From Lingula anatina (lineage: Eukaryota > Animalia > Brachiopoda), in contig CM120641.1 of the NCBI GenBank assembly GCA_051362555.1, forward strand, positions 2,418,001-2,482,000: DNA of 64,000 nt, in the 5' to 3' direction. Positions within the stretch are counted from its first letter, which is position 1. Every line of letters begins with the position of its first letter. The notes under the pieces were generated by a model. It was not told the DNA's origin and searched no databases. It saw only the letters and a program-made list of their open reading frames with translations. The position numbers and the translations under genes are program-made. Positions 13,723 through 23,964 of this stretch are shown piece by piece.

Positions 13723-14480
13723 AGAACTATCCAAAATTGTCAGTTTTACACATTTAGAGAATTCTATTCATATTTGCCAATTATTGTGATTTTATAACTT
13801 ACATTGTAACACAACAAAACCAGGCCTTGTATAGATTTTCTTTATTGCAAATTTTATTCTTTGTCAATTTATAACAGAGATACCCTTGCCTTGACTATAG
13901 AGCTATGTGACAAGCATTGGACTTCACTGCACCATGTTACAAACCTGATGTGATAAAACATTGCAGTCAGTGTCAATTTACATGAGAATAACATCCATCA
14001 AATCAGATCTGACTGTTAAAAAAAACTAGGCCCAAGTTGTGGAAGTGGTGTGAAAGGCAGTGTGTCTATCTGCCACCAGTTGACCTGGGAGGAATAACAC
14101 ACCGCGCTGATCAGCCATGCGTGCGTGCAGGGCACATGCACATGGAATTGAATTATAATTGAAATGCATTGACTTGACATTCATTTTGGCTTCCATCATT
14201 TTGGCAAGGTGGCTGGGTGGTATACAGCCTTCTGTGCAGTCTGGGACTTAACAAGCCTAGGGTTTAATTTATGTGTGGGAGGAGGGGGAGATTATCACTA
14301 AAATGATGAAAAACGGTTTTGATAAATATCTTCTCAATCAACAATTCAAAAGTGCACTTAGCATTTTCACCAGTGAAATAAAAAATGGATGGAGATATGG
14401 GGATTTAACACATCTCTTCGATATGATTATTAAATTTTGTTAACTTTGGTAGTAAATAGAAAAGTAACTTTTATTTACAG

Positions 14481-14597
14481 GGCGCCGCCGTTACATCACT
14501 CGTTCTGAGTCTGAAAAATACTCCAGCCCTAGCACTGGCTACGACAGCGGCTATTTGCGTTCCAAATACGTTTCAGGAAGTGGCGACTACAACACAG
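14481..14597 (+). CDS. SVIL: SVIL exon, 117 nt, phase 1-1 (RRYITRSESEKYSSPSTGYDSGYLRSKYVSGSGDYNT)
   Basis: ttttatttacag| acceptor, CAG|GTAAGG donor, open frame continuous with the next exon. Confidence 0.75.
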
Positions 14598-17500
14598 GTA
14601 AGGACGGTGTGTGCATGCATGCATTTTTTTGTGTGTATGTGTTTGTGTGAGCATGCATGTTTGTTTGTGTGAGCATGCATGTTTGTGTGCATGTGACTGT
14701 GTGTGTGTATTAATAAGATCACTCTGCACCCAGGGAAGTAGTAAGACAACATATTTACACATGTCACAAAAGAAAGTTATTAATTTATTCTACAGTGGAG
14801 ACATAGGCATGCATGGGCTGGTGTAAGTATTATGGAACACACTTCTACCATATGACTTGAAAAAAAAATAAAAGTGAATGTGGTTTGATAAAACTGTGAT
14901 GATTTTGCAGTTGTTCTTTTGTTTTCATGTGCTTTTCAATGATTCATGTGCTTTACAAAATATTTGGTCTTTGAGGGATGAGATAGAAGAGGCCTTTGAT
15001 ATTAGCTTCAAGTTTGCCTAATACATGTAGATGTTCTGTGTTCCATTTTATCCAGTAATGTTCACAGATATTAAAACCATAAATAAGGTGAAGCAGTGAG
15101 ACATTCAAAGTAAATATATATATTAATTTTTAAGAGTTATCCAAGTTATGTCATTAAAAGTTGCATGTAAATTGTGAACACTATGTCCAACTGCTGCTGT
15201 TATTTGTAGGGTTTTAAGCAACTGTTGTCAGTAAGTATTCTACATTTTAACGCTGAAGTCAGCATGAATGATCAATATTTATTCAAGGTATGATTTCGTA
15301 AGTAAATATCCAAATGCGACAAGCAGTACATAAACGGTGTATGCTGTCTACAGGCATGAAGTCTTGAAGTGTATCTAAGTTTTAGGTAAGATCTGTTCTA
15401 TTGTGCAGGTGCTTGCAATAGACGCATTTACACCTGGACAGACTTAGATTGGAAATAGACTGAATGATGTCACTAGATGACCAGATAACATAGGGATTGC
15501 CATCACACTATATAACTTAATGTAAATCCAGTGTAATGCAATCTGGAGATTTGGTGACTCAATGTAGTCAAGTTCTGGTTAATGTTAGACCAGGTTTGAA
15601 CATGCCCTGTGTCTGTCCTTATGTGTGTTGTGAAAACCCTCTCATGGCTCATTTTGAAGGTGGTATAGGGCCTTGTATGTATGCTTTTTATTACCTCATA
15701 TTGAAACCACAACCTTTGTTAAGATGAGAGATCCTTTGTTAATTAAATCTGCTTCTCAGACAGATATTACTCACACCAGTTTGCACATCCGTATTTATAT
15801 AAATTGACTACTTACAAGCTAACAAAGGCTCACTGGAGATGGAGATTTGACACGTTCAGGTAAGTCACCTGGTACAGGTACATCTCAGGTAAATGTACAC
15901 ATAGCAGTAAAGAATAGCACAAGACTTCTAGTCCTTGGGACTTTTCCATTAATAAGCAAAGAAATGGATTCTGAAAAGTACACTCAAAAGAAATGCTAAT
16001 GCAGTTGAAATGATATTTGTTTTGGTAAAAGGAAAAGGAAATGGCAGTACTAGTACAATTAATATCTGTTGCACATTGCATCTTGCTCATTGAGGTAAGT
16101 GTATTGCATTGGGCTAATGAATTAAGATAATTGCCCTACAGGTGTGAAACAATATTTGTGCAATTTTATAATGGACCATGTATGTAAATAAGTTTAAGAA
16201 GTATTTGAAAATTGTAAATTAATTGTCACACCGTTTGTAAAATGTTTTTTTTTCTATGTATTTTACATTCCTTGTACTCTGTGTTATTGACCTTTCACTC
16301 CCCTCCTGTAAGACTAGTACCAGCTTCTGTTCAAAGCACCCAATTAAAAAAAAAAATTCTTTTGCATGAAAGAGGTACTATCCTGCATTTGGCAATAGCT
16401 AACAAATCTCATCCTCCATGCTAACTGTACTATCCTATTTTTTCAGAACTTATTGTATTTACTGAGTCATAAAAGCATACGTACAGTTGCAAACTGAACT
16501 TTTTCTTTTTTAAGAACTTTTAAACAATCTTTTAAATTATTACTGGAAAAAACCTGATTTTGGAAAATACAATTCATCAGTTTTGTTCAAATTTAGTGAG
16601 TGAGTGATTGTGGTACCTTTAAGGTTGATACAGAACACAATGAACTGATAGCAGGTCATGACGAAGACTTGGTAACCACTCGTCCCCAGCGTCTTTGTCA
16701 AGTTTTATGTACGACTAAAATATCATGTCCCTAAAAAGATATCAAGTTTTTTTGTCAGACCAGCTATTGACTATAGAAGGCAGGCTTTGACAGTAGCCTT
16801 GTATAAACAAACTGCTAACAAGGTACTTTTATTCCCAACCTAGATAATGAAATTCCCAAGCTAGATAATATAAAAGGAAGCGAATGTCTTGTTAGGATCT
16901 GTTTGGAATATTTGTTATTCTTTTTCTGAGTAGAGGTGCCAGAGTGTGCAAGTGAATCTATTTAGTTTTTTGGGACCAAATTTTCTCCAGAAAACAGTTA
17001 AGGTTTATGTTAGGTGACTTATCTGGACTGTGGTGTTATCTTGTATTATCTACCTAATATTCAGTTGTTTTTCAGTGAATGACATTCTTTTCAGAATAGC
17101 ATTAAGATAAATTGGCAATAAAATTTTCATCTTGTAGTATAAGATAAGATCTTTGCTTTACAATAGTGTCTTATGACCTGACGTTACAGTTTAGAGCAGT
17201 AATTTCAAGGCAACATGCACAATCCCTGTTTACATCGTCTTCTGATTGACTGAGACTGATTTGGGTTTTATCAATGCACAAAGTCTTGACGACATCCTGT
17301 CCAGGTTTTTCCTGCCAAATAAACATTTACAAAAAAAAATAATAATAATAATAATAAATACTTAGCTGTTTTCTCCTATTCAGGGATAATTGTTCAGAAG
17401 GAAATATCAAAATCAGGTACTTTTATTTTAGGGCTTTTATCATTTTCAGTCTTGAAAATCAAGAAAGATAAGTAGCTTTGAAGCAAACATAGGAATTGTG

Positions 17501-17600
17501 ATGATGGTATATTTTAGAGGTGGATTATGGATAGAATACCTTTAATCAAGAATGGAAATGAATTAACTCACATTATATAACACTGTCTTCATATTTTCAG

Positions 17601-17796
17601 GATCCAGTCTAAGAACTCCATACATCAATAGAAGTCATACGTTTGATGTGGCTGACTTCAGCAATGACAGCACCATGAGCTCCAGATACAGCAGTTACGA
17701 TACTGGCAGGAGTTCTCGGGGGTCTGGGCGATCTTATGATACATCTTATACCTCTTCCAGGGGGACTGAGCCTCTGTCCTCCGCTTCTAGGTCAAA
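17601..17796 (+). CDS. SVIL: SVIL exon, 196 nt, phase 1-2 (GSSLRTPYINRSHTFDVADFSND...PLSSASRS)
   Basis: atattttcag| acceptor, AA|GTAAGT donor, open Ser/Tyr/Arg-rich frame. Confidence 0.8.
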
Positions 17797-19370
17797 GTAA
17801 GTTATCTGTTAGGACATTTAGACAGTTTTATATGTTGTAGACTTGCTTTAGAATTTATAAATGACTGGGTATATATTTTTATAGTAAACTTTCATCAAGT
17901 CCTAAACATTTTCTTTTTTTGCTCATAAAGGAATATTTCACTGGTTTTTGCCAAAATTTCATTGCCTTAGTTTGTTTCTGTTTAAGCCAATCCCTGGATA
18001 GTTTACAGCAAGTAAAGAAAACTAATATAGAAAACTTTTTTATTATTATAGCAAAGTAAAAATACAGCTTTTCCTATCATCTTACCTTGTGCTCTTATAT
18101 AATGCAATATTTGACTATTGAAAAAGAATCGGATAGGAATTGGTTAAGTTGCAACAAGTATTTTGGATTAGAGCTACAAACCAAAAAAATGCTTCAGTGT
18201 GTCACCCATTTTTTAATAAAGAAAATAAGCTTGACACCTGAATATAATTAGCCATTAGATGATTAGGTTCATGCATATATTGTAAAAGGTAAAGCTAGCT
18301 TCTCATGCTAGATTTATATTACAGCCCTTACAAACAAAGTTAATTTTTTTAAATACAAAAATGGATATTATGTCACAGTGAAATGTTTTTTTTTAAATTG
18401 CATCACAAATATCTTAAGACATGCTATGATTCTTATTTTAGATGACTAATGCAGAATTTTATATTATTATAATATGACGTGACAAATATGTTGCAGAAAC
18501 ATAAAGAAACTTAGGATATTTTCCCCGCCTGTCTAATCTCACCAATTATCCTCAAAATTGCACCATTTACCTTATGATGTTACAAGCTGTACAAAAAGTG
18601 TGACCTATTATTAGGAGAGAGGTACAAGTAAAGTCTGGGTAAATGGCTTATCCTCAGCCAACCCAGATATGGGTAAAAGGCCAGTTCACATCAGGTGTAA
18701 CTTAGCCTCTACCAGGTGTCCTTATTGTTGAGATCTACAGAGCCTACAGAGGTAAACATTTTTGTACAGAATAAAGCAAGTTTTATATCTGATGGGAATT
18801 ATGTGACTTGAAATGCCTTGTATCAAGTACATAACCTTTAAAAGATGTTAAAGAAAGAAGGTTATAATGACCAAAGAATGGTGAAATTTGGTTTGGATAA
18901 CTGCAATAAAAATTATCAGGAAAGTGGGTTTGGATCTAGTGTTTGAAGGTACAAAAATAGATTTGATTGGGTATAAAGTAAAAAGTTTCAAATGGAAGAT
19001 AAATATCTGGTATGTTAGGCACTTTGCACAAATGATTTAGGGTTTTGAGACCGTGTTTGGGGAGCCATATTTGATGTGTTAATGCAGTGACTTATTCAAA
19101 CCAAGTGGTATTTAAGTTGGAAATGATGTGAGAGGGTCCAGAATACCTGTGTTCACAGAATCTAGCAGTCTTGTCTGACAGTAAAGGAGCTTCTTGTGGT
19201 GATAGTAATGATGTTCACAGGTGTAACCCTGATATGGTGCCAAGCTGGGGTACTGTAATTGTGACTTTCTTGTTTCCATTTATACACTATCACAGGTATA
19301 TTTAACATGGAGCAAATATGTTTGTGTTTGGTTTTGCCCAACAAACAGAGTTTTGTGTAGCAATTTTTTT

Positions 19371-19610
19371 ATTGTTGCCTTTGCTAAGGAGGTTGTTTTT
19401 GCCAAGGAGGTTGTTAATTGGTTGTTAGTTAACAGTAAACAAATACTCAGAAATTGATAGGTGGATTTTGAAATAAAAATTCAAGATAGGTCAGAAATAG
19501 GATAACATAGAATTGATTAGATTTTGATGGTGATCCATTTATTACTCAGTTCATAAATATTTAGAATTAAGCTGCCTTGGCGGAGGTCTGCCTCTGAGTG
19601 CTTTTCTAGT
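19371..19610 (+). mobile_element. Non-autonomous Helentron/HINE-like element
   Basis: 5' GCCAAGGAGGTT motif, inverted copy CCTTGGCGGAGG near the 3' end, terminus TGAGTGCTTTTCTAGT; related copies at 22138 and 22772. Confidence 0.6.
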
Positions 19611-19874
19611 AATGTATGTAATTCTCTTACTCTATTTGTGATCATGTCATATTGTTCATCAGTAGTTTCCATCATGTTTTTCATGCCTGGCATTCTTTCT
19701 TCCTCAGCTTGGTTTTCTGATGCTTACCACACACAGGCTACATGAAACTTAACCTGTTTGATTTTTTGCTGAAAAATACTTCTGAAATACATCTGCTTAT
19801 GGCCCTGATCATCTTATTTAAATGAAGATGTTTGTAATATAAAATGAACACACATTTTGTTTCTTTTCTTCCAG

Positions 19875-19949
19875 GCTGAGGGCTGATGGTTCCAGTGGCT
19901 CATCCAGAAAAATAAGTGAAAGTGTCACTGAAAGAAATGGATCTAGCAG
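19875..19949 (+). CDS. SVIL: SVIL exon, 75 nt, phase 2-2 (LRADGSSGSSRKISESVTERNGSS)
   Basis: ttcttttcttccag| acceptor, CAG|GTAAAA donor, in frame; paralogous to the next exon. Confidence 0.8.
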
Positions 19950-20174
19950 GTAAAATTGTCTCTGTGAAAATTTAAACACCATAATCATATGAAATAACAA
20001 TTCTGATGTATCTGATGTCCTATATATAATTCCCTTGCAGTCTAAATAAAATGATGAGTCATTTTGCTATAATTGTGCTGAAAGGATATTGCTATTTCAA
20101 TTGCTACATATATTTGATATTGAGAAGATTAAGAATGTGTTTAACAATTACCATATGTTTTTCTTTCTCTTTAG

Positions 20175-20240
20175 GTTGCGACCAGACAGTTCTATCAGGA
20201 AGAGCAGTGAAAGTGTCACAGAGAGAAACGGATCCAGCAG
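20175..20240 (+). CDS. SVIL: SVIL exon, 66 nt, phase 2-2 (LRPDSSIRKSSESVTERNGSS)
   Basis: ttctttctctttag| acceptor, CAG|GTAAAT donor, in frame. Confidence 0.8.
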
Positions 20241-20629
20241 GTAAATAAGTGCATGAAAGAATGAGAAATTTGGTCCTATGATATTTATATTGATGAGATG
20301 ATGATGTGTGTTCTTTAATGAATTCATCTGGAGCCATTATATCTATATGCTATTGTGTAATTGAGTCTCTGTCTAAAATATACACGTCTTAGGATCAGAA
20401 TCAGACATTTGGCCAAATTATTTTTACTTTTTTGCATATGAAAGAATCCATATGCCTAATTTACTTTTACAAGAAATATGATTTTAGGTATTTTTGATAT
20501 GCCCAATGTATGTTGTAGCTCGTCTTTGCAATTGCTGCATTGCATTTTGGTAAATTGTGTTAGTAGTTCATGATTGAGTTTTCACAGAGTATGATTGTGT
20601 TTTCAAAGATTGTGATTGTGTTTTCACAG

Positions 20630-21844
20630 ATATTCAAGGCAAGGATCTACAGACAGTAAAGATTCAGACAAGGGGTCAGATCGCTACAACTGGAGGTCAA
20701 GGATAAAGGAATATTCCACAGAGCAAGATGGTGGGACAGGGACTGGGACGCGAAAAAACAGGTCCACAGTAACCCCACCAAAAGAAACATTATCTTCAAG
20801 ACTTCGAGCTGCCAGAAATTCCAAGTCATCTTCAAAAACTGAAGAAAGTGCTGGACCAGAGAAACAGTCCAGTTTTCTAAGTTCTCGACGACGGCAAGCT
20901 GAATCGAGTAGAACGACAGGAAGCAGCAGTGCTGATGTTTCCAAGAGTTCTCGGGTTTCTCCGCCTTCTTCTGGCACCAGCGAGAGCTTGGGAACTCGTT
21001 CTACACGGGCATCACGAGGAATATCGTCAAATCACGAGAAGTCTACAAAGACTCGTGTTGGATCTTCGCATTCTTCTGTTGACTCAACAAACGAAGATAG
21101 TAAAGAGAAGGTTTCCAGTACATCATCTTCACAGAGGTTGTCTTCACAGCGGAATAAATCTAGGCCAGTTTCAGAAGTTGCTGAACATAATGGACAGGTG
21201 ACATCACTGAAAGATAATGCCAAGACTCAATCAAGAACAGCGACCACAACTAGACGTGACAGAATTAGCGACAGAAAATCTCAGGAGTCAGATTCTTCCT
21301 CTGATGTTGTAAAAAATGAAAACACTGTCATGACCAACTCTGAAAGCCGTACAGAGAGGAGGTCACGCTACAAAGATGAAGGTAAAAAGCCACTTTCTGA
21401 GGACTCTGATTCTAAACAAACAGTAGCATCTTCAGTTAAACATGGCAGCAGCAAAGCCCAGGAGTCAAATTCTTCATCAGATGTTTCAAAAAATGAAAAG
21501 CCAACACTGACTGAAGCAGAAAAAACTACATACTTTGACACAGAGAGCCGAGCAGAGCGAATGTCTCGCTATAAAGAAGAACGTAGAAAGCAGCTGGCAG
21601 CTGTGTCTACAAAGTACGGACCAGAGACAACGTCTTCCAGTGAACCTGAGGCAGGTCTGCAACCTTCCTACCTGCGATATTCTAAACGTTGGAAAAAAGA
21701 CAAAGAAAAAGAGGAATCAAAAGAAGAAAAACCTGCAGAAAAGTCCACAGATAAAAGCGAGATCACTGCCCAAGAAGACACACTTGAAGACAAGCCTGAT
21801 GAAAACCAGAATGTCAAGGTTTCAGTGTCCAGCGAAACTGACAG
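20630..21844 (+). CDS. SVIL: SVIL large exon, 1215 nt, phase 2-2; contains the conserved N-terminal motif ESRAERMSRYKEERRKQLA..KYG
   Basis: 415-aa ORF in the track; acceptor ttttcacag|, donor CAG|GTTTGT. The motif resembles vertebrate supervillin [22 protein letters not shown] (recalled from memory). Confidence 0.9.
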
Positions 21845-22137
21845 GTTTGTAAAAAGTGTTTGAGAATAAAATCGTACATGATTTGAAATTATTGAAGCTC
21901 ATTATTTTTTAGGTTGTTTGGGCTTCATTTTAATGCAGGGAGACAAAGTTTCTTGTTCCAACATGATCGTTTCATTTTCAGCCCAAACTTTGTTCCATTT
22001 TGAATATCTAAAATTTGTCAATTCCTAGATTATTTAAAAAATTTAATTTTTATACAAACATCTTAACTAGAAAATGGAGTGTTATGTGAATAGAGAAATG
22101 AAAATTTTCTTCTGACAGATGTCTACTAGGTTTTAAG

Positions 22138-22178
22138 CAGGGGTGAAAACATAACCTCCTTGGCGGAGGTAATAAAAA
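22138..22178 (-). mobile_element. 5' end fragment of the same Helentron/HINE-like family
   Basis: Reverse complement reads TTATTACCTCCGCCAAGGAGGTTATGTTTTCACCC. Confidence 0.6.
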
Positions 22179-22624
22179 ATAAGAGAATGAAAAAATTCAG
22201 AAGTTCACTGAATAGGTAGGGATAATAACCGCATAAAGCATGTACAGTGACTTCTATATCACTTTGAACTTCCTTTAGGAAAGCTTGGCAAAAAATTATG
22301 AAACGAAATGTAAGGAATTTAATGAGTGGGCTTAGACATTTAACTGATGTGTCTAGCACTTAACGTATATCTTTTAAGACACTCAGGATAGGAATGTGAA
22401 ATTAATGTTTAAAAAAAATTGAAGAATTCAACGAGTAGGCCGAAATATTTTGCTGACTCACCTGCTTGCATCAAGCTAGTAGTGTGATTAATTCGAGAAA
22501 ATTATTTTCCATCTTTTTTTTCATTTACCTAATAAAAGTCCTATGCATTAGGCAAAAACTAGATAAAGACCAGTGGGATACTGTATCTGAAATGAACTGC
22601 TGTGCACTATTTTTAACCATTCAG

Positions 22625-22650
22625 AGATGTCAAAAGATATAAAAAGTCAG
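22625..22650 (+). CDS. SVIL: Putative 26-nt microexon, phase 2-1 (R-DVKRYKKS-D)
   Basis: ctatttttaaccattcag| acceptor, CAG|GTGAGA donor; bridges the exon ending 21844 (phase 2) to exon 43508 (phase 1) without a stop. Confidence 0.6.
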
Positions 22651-22771
22651 GTGAGATACAGGTGCACTAGCTAATTAAACCAGATCCCCACCTCTCTACT
22701 GCTGTGCCTATGTGATTAGGAAGCAAAGCACAGACTTGCTTCATACTTGCTGCACACATTACTGGCAGTTT

Positions 22772-22796
22772 ATATCCCCCCACCAAGGAGGTTGTT

Positions 22797-22847
<51 letters not shown>

Positions 22848-22985
22848 TTGGTTAATAGACTAACTTAAAATGTTATGGATTGATTTTGATAAAAATGTCA
22901 GGATAAGTCAGAAATGGGCTTATTTAGATTTTGGCAATTATTTATTAATTGATTAATTTACAACAGTGAGAATTAAGCTGTCTCA
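22772..22985 (+). mobile_element. Decayed Helentron/HINE-like copy with internal (TTTA)n
   Basis: CCAAGGAGGTTGTTTT, (TTTA)n, GGATTGATTTTG..GTCAGAAAT..TTAGATTTTG..GAATTAAGCTG, collinear with the 19371 copy. Confidence 0.55.
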
Positions 22986-23953
22986 GGGTTTTTTTTTAGT
23001 GAATTCCTTGTATTAAAATTGCTTTTATTTGCTTTCATTGAACATCGTTTGTTTGCTTTTATGATGTTATTTACAAGCTATAATGTTTTATCTCAAAACT
23101 GCAATAATGATAGAGGCTTGTGTACAATGTCATTTGGTAGGGTAAAAAATTGGATGACAATTCTGTACAATGAATATTTCAGTCAACTTTTTTGGTTATC
23201 TTTAGTTATTTATTCTATAAAGCACAGCACATTTAACATCATGCTAAATTGCATGTACAAGATGAAAAAGGTGAAATATTGTTGGATGGGATTAGGGAGA
23301 GCACCTTTACCATCAGAATCTCCAGAATGTTTGCTAATTATGTTCTCCCGACTCCCCACTGTGGGTAGTTTTCTGCCTGTCTAAGCCTCTGAAATCTGCC
23401 TGTAAATACTAATGTTTGCTGCTCACTTACAGCACGGACTCCCCTTCACAAGGTTAATGGTAGTAACAAGCGGTGAACCACATCTACTTGGGGAGTTGTA
23501 ATTAATCAGATGTGACTACCTGAATGTTACACCTGGATAAATAGGTGACAGGTAGCAGGGAACATGACACACGCGTCCATTGCTGAGGCAGAGATTTAGT
23601 TGCTTTTCTTTTTTTCTTGGCTTGGTGACTTTTTCTGCCTGCCTGCCTGTCTTTCTCACTTCAGGTAGCAACAGCACCGTATCCCATTTCAAGTGGGAGA
23701 ACATTAAAAAGAAGTCGAGGCAAAACTCAGTTCTCCTAAAGCTTAGTTTGCTGTGTAAGCCCTCGCTGAGTTAACCCTCGCAGGCAGTTTACTATTAAAC
23801 CAGCCAGCTAGGAGCAAAGTAGATGTTTATTAGTTGTGAATGTTAAAAGACTTGACCTGGGATTGCTAGCAGTGGATTTTTTCTCTGAAAATAACTTATG
23901 ATGTGAGCACATGAGATACTAGCTGACTGTCTGCTAGCAGAAGAGGACTCGCA

Positions 23954-23964
23954 ATGGGGCACTG
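23954..23964 (+). CDS. SVIL: Putative alternative first coding exon (MGH-C), joining exon 28699 to give MGHCLSTK
   Basis: gcaATGg context, TG|GTAACT donor in phase 2; the spliced product fits the N-myristoylation consensus MGxxxS with Cys4. Confidence 0.5.

Noticed and set aside
23665-23752. Strong polypyrimidine acceptor followed by GTAGCA (possible exon or recursive site)
   Set aside because: No frame-compatible link to neighbouring exons was found; it may belong to the internal promoter/UTR region.
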